A stretch of DNA of 64,000 nucleotides from Candidatus Sungiibacteriota bacterium (lineage in GTDB: Bacteria; Patescibacteriota; Minisyncoccia; Sungbacterales; HO2-52-23), in the NCBI GenBank assembly GCA_016432465.1, contig CP066690.1, forward strand, positions 250,702 through 314,701, given 5' to 3'. This document shows, piece after piece, positions 54,619 through 63,243 of this stretch; position 1 is the first letter of the stretch, and each line of letters begins with the position of its first letter. Below the pieces are notes generated by a model, which was given only the letters and a program-made list of their open reading frames with translations, was not told the origin of the DNA and made no database searches. A program made the position numbers and the translations under genes.

Positions 54619-56268
54619 TTACAAGCTTTGGTGCTGATTACTCCGGGGATTGCGTAATTTTGGCGTCACCCAAAAACTCATGTATTTCCCCAGCATTAAA
54701 CGAGTTTGCGCGTCAATCCCCGGAACAGAACCAAAAGTAATAATAGTCAGGGGAAGAAACGCCCACTGCAATATCATAGAAAGCCAAAGATACTTTTTTT
54801 TATGGGGCGGGCGGGGCGGAAGAAGAGAAGAAGAAATAATAGCAGAGGTTATAATACCAGCCATGGAAAGCGTCATTAAAAGTCTGGTAATACGCGGGAG
54901 ATTATAAGAAAGAACTGTCACGTTAAATTTGGCGCCGCCAAGAATCAGGGGCAGCCAACCCAGAAGAAAAATAATCAGGGCGTTGGTCGCCCAAGACCAA
55001 AAACCCTCAAGTTGTACAAAAGACCAGTAAAGCTTTGGACGAAAAGAGATTTTTTTATTTTTTAGAAAACCAAACACAAGATACGGAAAATTTTCCACTC
55101 CCCAGCCCCAACGCCGCTGTTGTTTATATACATTTTTAACGGTCTCCCCCAATGTACGTCCGACGTTGGCATCCATGGAAACCGGATAAAAAAGCGGGAC
55201 CGTCCTCCAGTCTCCGTCATAAAAAAGAAGCGACTGCCAAAAAATACGGGAGTCTTCGGATACAATGTTGGTTTGCCAATAGTTCATTTCAACCAAGGGC
55301 TTGAGCGGTATGGAATGCGAAGAAAACGTGGAAAGACGCTCGGCTCGCGCCTGCTGCATCATCTGCCAAAAAGTGCCGGAGGAGGCCACCACTCGCGAAA
55401 AAAAAGGCGCATCCCAAATGTTGTTATTATAAATAGGAATCGGCTGATAAGAGGAGCGAAGCGGATGCGCGGTTGTCAGATAATGATATGTTATTACCCC
55501 GAAATAATGCGGATAAATGCGTGTATCAATGTCAAAAGATGAAACTAAAACCTGCTCGTATTGAATTCCCAGACTATCAATAATTTTTTCTTTGGCCTCT
55601 CTTGCGGCCCATGTTTCGTTGGCCCCCTTCCCCGGAATTTCGCCCGCAATATCAGTCGGGTGCTCGCTTATTATAAATTTAAAAAAGGACCTGCTAAATT
55701 CCTGTCCAAGGCGACTGGCTATGAATCTTGCTTCCTCTCCGGCCCGCTCCTCTACGCCCAAGACTAAAATAATTTTATCTTTAGGGTAATGCGCCTGTTG
55801 GATCGCTTCCAGAGATCCGCGCACCACCCCATACGGCTCTTTATAAAAGGGTAAAATAACCAGATGGTAGATATCGCGCCAGTTTTCTACTTTAAGTTGC
55901 GGGTTGTAAGCCCTAATCTCCTCAAGTTTCGCCAACCAGTCCAATTTTAAATGCTGCTTCATCTTTTTGTAGCTGGCGCGGAGATGCCAAGATAGAAATA
56001 TGGTTTTGAGAAGCCAGTAAGCGTCAAAAATAACAATAAAAAGGCTCGCCGCAGCCGGTGCGCGCCAGGAAATAAAAATAATACCGGCCAGGGTGGCCCA
56101 GAGCATTATGCCGGGAACTGTTTCCAAAAATCTAAAAAGGTAGTATCCGCGTGCTAACGAAACATCAGCGGCCCGTCCCAATCTAAAGTAATTTTTTTTC
56201 TCCATGGTACGTTTAGCGTTACATATTGAGTTATAAAAATCAAAAATGTCGGGAGTAAAACCCGACAA
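54619..56268 (-). CDS. membrane-integrated family-2 glycosyltransferase (processive, cellulose-synthase-like)
   Basis: QxxRW motif (YKQQRRWGWG); D,D-type GT-A core between N- and C-terminal TM bundles; 549 aa. Confidence 0.65.
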   Translation of the reverse strand: MSGFTPDIFDFYNSICNAKRTMEKKNYFRLGRAADVSLARGYYLFRFLETVPGIMLWATLAGIIFISWRAPAAASLFIVIFDAYWLLKTIFLSWHLRASYKKMKQHLKLDWLAKLEEIRAYNPQLKVENWRDIYHLVILPFYKEPYGVVRGSLEAIQQAHYPKDKIILVLGVEERAGEEARFIASRLGQEFSRSFFKFIISEHPTDIAGEIPGKGANETWAAREAKEKIIDSLGIQYEQVLVSSFDIDTRIYPHYFGVITYHYLTTAHPLRSSYQPIPIYNNNIWDAPFFSRVVASSGTFWQMMQQARAERLSTFSSHSIPLKPLVEMNYWQTNIVSEDSRIFWQSLLFYDGDWRTVPLFYPVSMDANVGRTLGETVKNVYKQQRRWGWGVENFPYLVFGFLKNKKISFRPKLYWSFVQLEGFWSWATNALIIFLLGWLPLILGGAKFNVTVLSYNLPRITRLLMTLSMAGIITSAIISSSLLPPRPPHKKKYLWLSMILQWAFLPLTIITFGSVPGIDAQTRLMLGKYMSFWVTPKLRNPRSNQHQSL

Positions 56269-56293
56269 GATTGCGATTAAACGGCGGATAAAC

Positions 56294-57985
56294 TCACCAA
56301 GCAGATCCTATCTCTCTCAAAAGGTCCTGCGGCCTTCCTTTTTCCAGCTCCCGTACCCGAAAAAGATAGGGGTTGGGATTTTGAATCGTCCTGAAAATCT
56401 TATAAGAGCCCGGCAATGAGACTTCGGCCTGACGAATAGTTATACCTTCCCAGCCGCACCCCTGCAGTGCTAAATTCTGTTTAACCCCCTCTGTCTCTAT
56501 CCAGCGGAAAATTTTTTCACGCCAGGCGGCTCTGGTATAGGGCGGAGGGTTATCAGCAGCGCGCTCTATTTCCTCCTTTTTAAACAACCGCTTAACTTTT
56601 TCCTGCTCCAGCAAAATACCGTAAGAACTTTTGTCAGTCTCTACATTGGCATACTCCACTAAAAGGTGTAAAAGATAATCTATAAGTTTAGCGCGGCCCC
56701 TACGGGTTTCCAAAGGAATATCGCGGGGTATATTTTTTTCTCCGGCGTTACGATAATAAGACGGCAGAGGGGCAATAAGTTGCTCAACTTCAAGGCCGAG
56801 TCGGGCCAAAAGCGGAGTTATACAATAGTAAAGTATGGCTGCCCAATCAAGGATCTGGGCAAGATAGGCAAGATCCCAACGGTCTAGAGCGTCAATCACT
56901 TTTTCCCAAAGCTCAAGCGCCATGCGTCGCTCCGGAGTAAGTTCCCCCCGTCCCTCATCTATATAGCGGTGCACCTCACCTATATAGAAGCGCTGAAAAT
57001 CAAGGGCGTTCCATTTTTCCCCACCAGCCAAAAAAACGACTTTTTTTGACTTTATGTCAGCGTTGAAAAAGGTCGCCCTTTCTGCAACACTATTCAATCT
57101 TCCATCTCTAATTAAAGGGAGAATCGGCAGAAATTCGTTCTCTTCAAGCAGCATAAGCATTAGATCAAAGGTGCCATATTTTAAAAAGAGCTGCCATTCA
57201 GACATATTGGAGTTTCCGGAAATGTCATGGAGTCTCCGCCAGCAGTCTTTATCCGCATGGGGCTCGTCTCTGGTATTAATAAAAGCCCTGTCTATCCCGG
57301 TAGTATCCGGGCCGTCATATTTAGTCATTAGGTTAGCGCGCTGCGAAAGGTAAAACCGTACCCATCCTCCGGCAAGTGGTTCAACCCACCCATTGCCAAT
57401 AATACAGGGGCGGGTCATAAGAAACGGTACGAGGTGTCTTCGTAAAACTTCGTAGCCAATACGCCGCGGGATCAAATAATTAGCGTGGTGACCCCATGTT
57501 TCCAGAAACCCAGACGCATTGAAGTACTCACAGTTGCGGTTACCCTTGTAAAAATGCACTTTCGGATATTGCGGTTTAAGCGTGCGGAAAAGACGCACGC
57601 CGTCAGCCACCATCTCCATGCCGGCAACTTCGTGCAGAACCGCTTCTCTGGTGCCTCTACACTCCGGGCTTGCATACTCAAGGTGGTTATTACGTTCACT
57701 ATAGCATTGTCCCTGATTGGGAAGCACAAAACGACCGCAGGTAAAACTGCGAACCGATTCAATATCCAGGGCTCCTCTTATGATACAGGCATGGATTATA
57801 CGCGATAGAACTTCACGAAGAAAAGCATTGGTGTAATATCCCGATGGCCCGATGACGCGTGTCCCGAGTTCCAGCTCCAGGCCGATGATACGGTGCTTTA
57901 TACGTTTGGGTCCGCCTCTATTGTTGACCTGACCCATAGGACCGCACTCCGCCTTGCTTATCAAAGTACATAACCATAGTAACAA
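56294..57985 (-). CDS. Pup-ligase/deamidase (PafA/Dop) family protein, paralog 2
   Basis: [12 protein letters not shown] N-terminus, [15 protein letters not shown], and [26 protein letters not shown] (compare PafA [26 protein letters not shown]); C-terminal [19 protein letters not shown]. Confidence 0.75.
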   Translation of the reverse strand: [563 protein letters not shown]

Positions 57986-58084
57986 AATATAAATAAAGCG
58001 CCAGAGCTCTGCTCTGGCTTTTGGGGCTTACTAAGACCTCTTGTACAATAACCCTTCGTAACGAAAGTTATTATGCAAAAGTCT

Positions 58085-58321
58085 TTACTCGCCACCTCTT
58101 TGTACGTAACTTCTTACAAACTCCTCCGCGTTTCCTTCCAACGTTGCATCAATATCTTCCAGAAGTTTATCCATATCTTCTTTTAGCTTCTTGCTTTTTT
58201 TCTCAGCGGCCTGACTGACTTTTTCTTCTTCGCTTTCTGGCTTGTCCTTTACTTTTTCTGCGTTCTTTTGCTCTTCCGCCACTTCTGCCTCCCTTTGGTG
58301 GCCCTTATTGAAGTTTAACAC
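58085..58321 (-). CDS. pup: Pup-like prokaryotic ubiquitin-like protein ending in GGE
   Basis: 78 aa, disordered acidic/lysine-rich body; C-terminus MDKLLEDIDATLEGNAEEFVRSYVQRGGE parallels the Pup consensus ...DDLLDEIDGVLE.NAEEFVRAYVQKGGQ/E. Confidence 0.75.
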   Translation of the reverse strand: MLNFNKGHQREAEVAEEQKNAEKVKDKPESEEEKVSQAAEKKSKKLKEDMDKLLEDIDATLEGNAEEFVRSYVQRGGE

Positions 58322-58357
58322 AGCGCCGTAAATAATGCAATCCGATATCCAATAGAT

Positions 58358-60220
58358 TTAGGACCCAAACCAATCATCATCTTCGTCAAATGGCTGCTGC
58401 GGGACAAAATCGCCGGAGTATACTGGTTGTTCCGGTGGACGAGGAGGATGACGAACCAGCTTCTCGTAGAGAGCCTTGCTCCATTTTTTATGGGTGTCCT
58501 CCCTCTCCTCATCGGTCTCAACCCTAAGACCGTGGTCCGGATACGGCTTGACGTCTTCACCCTTACCAAGAGTTTTTCTTGTACTCCACATGTCCTCGCA
58601 ACGCACCACCTCAACAAAGGGGTGGACTCTTACGACATCAACAAATTCCACAAAAGGCAGGGAAAGAGATCTAGTCCAAAATTCTTCGTTCCAGAGCTCG
58701 GTTGGGTCGCCCAGAGACAGGGAATAAATTTTCTTCTCATGCCTAAACGTAATCCTATGCCAGAAGTCCGAAGAAATGACTAACTCCGGATACCCTTTAA
58801 TAATTTCCAAAACAATCTTGGAGCGGGTGGGCGGAGGTCCGTCCATGGCCTGCTTAATCTCTTCGTCCGTAGTGATACGATAACTGTTTGGGTAAATTTT
58901 GGTGTAAAAAATTCCGCTTTCGTGATTGTTATCGTGGTATTCACAATCCAGCCTCATGGCCAAATCGTCCTGCCACGTTTTTCCTTTTTTCACCAGAGCA
59001 GCTTCAATAAAATTCAGCTTGGTTACCCAGTCCAGCTTACCGTGAAGGCTAACCCGCCAATCTGACCTACCAAAGGCGTCCAAAACAGAGGCAAATTCTG
59101 CCACCACCCGCTTTAATATCTGATTTTCGGGGTGATATGCCTCTACGTAGTTGCCAAAAAGGTCGCAGTAGTCACGCAAACAGTCCAGCGCCAGACGCGA
59201 ACCCTTATGGTTAATAAGCCAGACACGTTTTTTAAGGCTGGTATCCCAGGAGATTTCGTGGAAGGCACCAACCGGATGGCCGATTTCAAAACGATGGTCC
59301 AAAACTCCGTCCTCCATCATCATGTAAAGAATGGCTGTCAGTCCTGCTTTCATGAATTCCGGAAGCTCCAACATATTGGAGTCGCCCGGGATTACGTGTC
59401 CACGTCGGAAGTTTTTTTCTTCGCCGTAAACAACGTTGCGGGTGTTATGAATAGGCCGGTTGTAGGAGGTTTCTATGTTGGCAACTGCGCTGAAAAAATC
59501 GGCCCGCTGGGAAATCTGAAAATCCACATCTACAATATCACTTCCCCGATGGGACCCGGCCCCTAAACAGTCGCCTCCCACCTTTCCGGCGCCTATTACA
59601 ATAGTCCGCATGACAAACCAAGGAACGTCCTTGCGTATTAAATCATCCTCGCTAACACGGCGCGAAATTGTATAATTTTCATGGCAGGCCCAAGAGCTTC
59701 TTGGAACCCTCTCCCCCCTTTTTCTACTTCTGGCACGATGCCAATCATCGTCTCCGGCGGTATTGTTTCTAAACACCCTGAAATTCCGCCCTGCCGCCTC
59801 ATGTAATTTGCGCAATCTGTCGATCCAGCGGTAACAGGCCCTGTTCCAAATAACCAGCATGCGCGGATCGCTACAGATAGCTGTAGAAATTTCAGTATGG
59901 GGACCGATGTCTACATAAAGACGCGCGCCATTGGGAAGCAGTATGTTCAAAAATTTCTGCCACATTTGTCTTTGAAAGAAGCTGTGGGGGTTGAGGGTCG
60001 AAACCTCTACTTTGCGCAATCTCTCAGTCGGATCCCAAGAAAATATTCCTTGGGCTCCCAAAACCCATTCCGGCTCAATGCTTTCTACAAAAGCAAAACC
60101 ACCCGAGTAGGCAGCGGGGGAACCAGCATGCATTACTCCAAGTTCTGTTTCTATCCCGCACATCTTGGGAGTGGCTCTAGATTCGGGCATCATCTTATCC
60201 TTTTCAAGGCGCTTTCCCAA
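58358..60220 (-). CDS. Pup-ligase/deamidase (PafA/Dop) family protein, paralog 1 (Dop-like by position), with acidic proline-rich C-terminal extension
   Basis: KMCGIETELGV N-terminus; TDEEIKQAMDGPPPTRSKIV near the C-terminus; lies between the mpa-like gene and pup as dop does in actinobacteria; 620 aa. Confidence 0.7.
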   Translation of the reverse strand: MGKRLEKDKMMPESRATPKMCGIETELGVMHAGSPAAYSGGFAFVESIEPEWVLGAQGIFSWDPTERLRKVEVSTLNPHSFFQRQMWQKFLNILLPNGARLYVDIGPHTEISTAICSDPRMLVIWNRACYRWIDRLRKLHEAAGRNFRVFRNNTAGDDDWHRARSRKRGERVPRSSWACHENYTISRRVSEDDLIRKDVPWFVMRTIVIGAGKVGGDCLGAGSHRGSDIVDVDFQISQRADFFSAVANIETSYNRPIHNTRNVVYGEEKNFRRGHVIPGDSNMLELPEFMKAGLTAILYMMMEDGVLDHRFEIGHPVGAFHEISWDTSLKKRVWLINHKGSRLALDCLRDYCDLFGNYVEAYHPENQILKRVVAEFASVLDAFGRSDWRVSLHGKLDWVTKLNFIEAALVKKGKTWQDDLAMRLDCEYHDNNHESGIFYTKIYPNSYRITTDEEIKQAMDGPPPTRSKIVLEIIKGYPELVISSDFWHRITFRHEKKIYSLSLGDPTELWNEEFWTRSLSLPFVEFVDVVRVHPFVEVVRCEDMWSTRKTLGKGEDVKPYPDHGLRVETDEEREDTHKKWSKALYEKLVRHPPRPPEQPVYSGDFVPQQPFDEDDDWFGS

Positions 60221-60272
60221 GTGTAACCACAGCCGAAAGAAAAATCCACCCTAGGGGGTGGATCAATTGATT

Positions 60273-62201
60273 TTACAGATACTGACCGCCGCTAATGGTT
60301 TCGGTCGTACGGCTCGCTTCTTTCTTTTTCTTCCGCCCAAGGTTGGGGGTGACCCCAACAATACGCTCCCGTCTACCCTGCATAGCAAGCCACATTTGGG
60401 CATCGTCCAGAGTATTGGGTAACTCTTCATTCTCATCCATTTCATCAGATACGGCCACGCAGAAATCTAAGGCCGTGAGACCAAACTCCCCGCCGCTGAC
60501 AGCACGCTTAACAACATGTTTCTTGGCGCGCTCCACTATACTTTTAATCATCGCGCCAGACACCAAGTCTTTAAGGTAAATAGGAAGCTTTGCCCCATCA
60601 TGCAAAACTACATCCATAAGTTTATTGTCTGCTTTAATTAGCGCTCCTGACGCATCCCGATATTGATAAGGCTCTTCGTTGGTGGCCCAGAGCCGCTTCA
60701 CGGCCTCGGTAATAATATGTTCAATTATCAACTCTGGCTTGCCGCCCCACTCCTGATAGCTGGGAGAAAACTTGGGGTGTTTGGGATTTTGATATTTAGG
60801 ATGAAGAGGAAGATTTTTTGTGACGTAAATGGAAAAAATTTCCTTGGCGCCATCCTGATCCGGGCGATCAATCCTTATCTTGATGTCAACGCGTCCCGGA
60901 CGAAGCACGGCTGGGTCAATCAAGTCATGACGGTTGGAGGCAAGAATAATAATAACATTAGCAAGCGTTTCTATACCGTCCAGCATCACTAAAAATTGCG
61001 GCACAATTGTAGTTTCAATGTCTGAAGAAATCCCCCTACCTCGGGTGCGCAGTACCGACTCTGCCTCATCCAAAAAAATAATAACCGGGTGGTCCTCGCT
61101 TGCCTTTTCTTTGGCCCGCTGGAAGATCTCACGAATTTTGCGCTCAGTCTCGCCAACGTACTTATTTAGAATTTCCGGGCCCTTGATGTTTATAAAATAT
61201 CCCTTGATGCTCTTTCCCAGTTTATTAGCAAGGCGGCTAGCCAGCCCATTGGCCACGGCCTTGGCAATTAGGGTTTTCCCGCAACCCGGAGGGCCATAAA
61301 GCATAATTCCCTTGGAAAGCTCCATTTCAAGTCTCCGGAAAAGGTCCGGGTAAAGATACGGAAGCTCAATAGCGTCGCGGATCTTACTAATCTGTGTTCC
61401 CAGTCCTCCGATCTTTTCATAAGTAACGCCCGGGACTTCTTCCAACAGCAGTTCGCTGATTTCATGCTTGGGCAGAGCCGCGATGCCGCCCAGAAACATA
61501 CCACTGCCCGCCTGCGGCAGAAGCCATTTATCCCCCACGCGCATACTCTGCATTATTTCTGCGGGCCAAGTCTTGGGAATCAGGGCAATGTGTTTTTCAT
61601 CAAGCCTGGTTACGAATCTAACCCGGTGCTCGTCCAAAATCTCATCAATAGTAACTTCTTCTCCGGCCATAGTCAGTACGTCCTGAAGCTCGTCAGAGGC
61701 AACGGCTACAATATTGGAATGCTCATTCATCATTACAAATCTGCCGCGCACCAGTTTTTCTTTTTCCTGATTAAAAACTTTGTCGGTTATATGCACCCGC
61801 AAAAGACGCGCACCCACATAAACCCAGAAGGTTTCTTTTTCTTCCCTGTGTAGATGTCCCTCATCGTCTCTTTGTTCGGACACCTCTTTACCGCCATAAA
61901 TTAGTACTGCGGCAATGCCATGAGGCGGAGAGGTCAGGGCATTTAATTCTCTGCTCATCTCTATAGCTTCCTGACGAAGCTCCGTCAGGGCCCGCACTAG
62001 ACCGCTATTCATCTCCCGCACTCGTTCCGCAAATGCCTCCAAATCATAAATTACGCTGTCCACGCGAGCCCTAAGCTCTTCAACCCTTGGACGACTCAGG
62101 ACAGTATTATCTTCAAGCACCCTACGAACTCCAAAAAGATTAGAGCGAGCTTTTTCAAAAAGGGATTCAAAATTGCGAGACGGATCGCGATCCTTGTTCA
62201 T
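60273..62201 (-). CDS. proteasome-associated ATPase-like AAA+ protein (Mpa/ARC family) with C-terminal GQYL
   Basis: N-terminal coiled coil, OB-like middle region, Walker A GPPGCGKT and Walker B DE; the protein ends ...ISGGQYL, the Mpa proteasome-docking motif. Confidence 0.8.
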   Translation of the reverse strand: MNKDRDPSRNFESLFEKARSNLFGVRRVLEDNTVLSRPRVEELRARVDSVIYDLEAFAERVREMNSGLVRALTELRQEAIEMSRELNALTSPPHGIAAVLIYGGKEVSEQRDDEGHLHREEKETFWVYVGARLLRVHITDKVFNQEKEKLVRGRFVMMNEHSNIVAVASDELQDVLTMAGEEVTIDEILDEHRVRFVTRLDEKHIALIPKTWPAEIMQSMRVGDKWLLPQAGSGMFLGGIAALPKHEISELLLEEVPGVTYEKIGGLGTQISKIRDAIELPYLYPDLFRRLEMELSKGIMLYGPPGCGKTLIAKAVANGLASRLANKLGKSIKGYFINIKGPEILNKYVGETERKIREIFQRAKEKASEDHPVIIFLDEAESVLRTRGRGISSDIETTIVPQFLVMLDGIETLANVIIILASNRHDLIDPAVLRPGRVDIKIRIDRPDQDGAKEIFSIYVTKNLPLHPKYQNPKHPKFSPSYQEWGGKPELIIEHIITEAVKRLWATNEEPYQYRDASGALIKADNKLMDVVLHDGAKLPIYLKDLVSGAMIKSIVERAKKHVVKRAVSGGEFGLTALDFCVAVSDEMDENEELPNTLDDAQMWLAMQGRRERIVGVTPNLGRKKKKEASRTTETISGGQYL

Positions 62202-62270
62202 ATAATCCCCTTTTCAAGGTACCTTATCTATCCTATACCACCCTGAAGAAATAGCGTCAAGCTAAAAAAC

Positions 62271-62747
62271 TTGACTTTGTTGCAGAAAAATGATATTATA
62301 ATAATATGCGACTTGCGTTTTGTCTTATCAAAAGGGGGGCGTTCGGTGGGGCGGACGTATCGAGGGCCCAATCGGGAGCTTAAACTTTCAAAAAAAGGAA
62401 GACGTCGGTGGCAACCACTGACGGGTGGAAGAAAACAAGTAGTAATCGGACGGGCGCTGGAAGCCGACGTAACTTCTGTACTTGAAACTCTTCGTGTTTC
62501 CGGGGCCATTGACTCGTATCTATACCACGAACCACACAGTGAAAAGGACCAACAGGGTATTGATTTTACGGTTGTTCGTGGACAAAGTACCATTGAGTTC
62601 AATGTAACCTGTTCTTACCGAGCTTGGCGGAAAAGAGTTGTTAAGACAGGATGCCCTACAATACTTTATTTCTCTGACGAAGTGACGGCTGACCAAATCG
62701 CCGAACGTATTCTGGAACTTTTTATTCCTCCGAACGTCTGTACATAA
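62271..62747 (+). CDS. hypothetical protein (coding uncertain)
   Basis: protein-like composition in the C-terminal 100 aa; a 9-bp-stem hairpin plus T-run follows at 62763-62812; it overlaps a 124-aa minus-strand ORF of equal plausibility. Confidence 0.3.
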   Translation: MTLLQKNDIIIICDLRFVLSKGGRSVGRTYRGPNRELKLSKKGRRRWQPLTGGRKQVVIGRALEADVTSVLETLRVSGAIDSYLYHEPHSEKDQQGIDFTVVRGQSTIEFNVTCSYRAWRKRVVKTGCPTILYFSDEVTADQIAERILELFIPPNVCT

Positions 62748-62837
62748 AACCAGCCGCATTCAAAAGCCCAGCGGGCTTTCCCATGTAGGAAAGCCCGCTC
62801 ACTATTTTAAACTATTTTGAGTCCTAACTCTTGCGAA

Positions 62838-62892
62838 TAAATCCCCCTCCTTCCCAGCAGGGTATTGGACCCCGCGGTAAGGTGGGGGGATA
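62838..62892. mobile_element. MITE-like element, copy 5 (55-bp deletion derivative retaining both TIRs)
   Basis: AAATCCCCCTCCTTCCCAGCAGGGTATTGGACCCCGCGGTAAGGTGGGGGGATAAA. Confidence 0.6.
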
Positions 62893-62895
62893 AAA

Positions 62896-62935
62896 ATGGG
62901 TGCGCTTGGATTTGAACCAAGGACCTACGGATTAT
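62896..62935 (-). pseudogene. tRNA 3' fragment (T-arm CTTGG-TTCAAAT-CCAAG plus acceptor 3' strand) without a detectable 5' half
   Basis: minus-strand ...GGTCCTTGGTTCAAATCCAAGCGCACCCA; no complementary acceptor 5' strand within 150 nt. Confidence 0.4.
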
Positions 62936-63065
62936 ATCTTCGCTTCGCTCGATATAAACGGTTCGCTCGGACAAAATGAAAGATTGCTTTCATTTTCTCC
63001 TCGCTGCCGTTTATAAGACGCAAGCTCTAACTTCATCCCCCACCTATTTTGGACAAGATAAAAAA

Positions 63066-63137
63066 TGCGTGTGCCAGGGATCGAACCTGGGACATCCACT
63101 TTATAAGAGTGGCGCTCTACCACTGAGCTACACACGC
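63066..63137 (-). tRNA. tRNA with anticodon TAT (Ile-type, AUA-decoding; unusual)
   Basis: acceptor GCGTGTG/CACACGC, D-arm TAGCTCAGTGGTAGAGC, anticodon stem CCACT/AGTGG with loop CTTATAA, T-arm CCAGG-TTCGATC-CCTGG; flanked by complementary CCCACCTATTTTGGAC / GTCCAAAATAGGTGGGG. Confidence 0.65.
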
Positions 63138-63243
63138 AAAGTCCAAAATAGGTGGGGGGACAAGCCGAGCTACGCACCCGAAATATTATCATTGATTACT
63201 TTTATACTCATCATAATTTTTTCGAACCAGCCGATATCTGCGG

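Noticed and set aside
9327-62892. CRISPR array formed by the recurring ATCCCCCCACCTTCCC repeats
   Set aside because: The copies are 10-25 kb apart, in both orientations, with no regular spacer periodicity and no cas genes, so they are MITE-like dispersed repeats.
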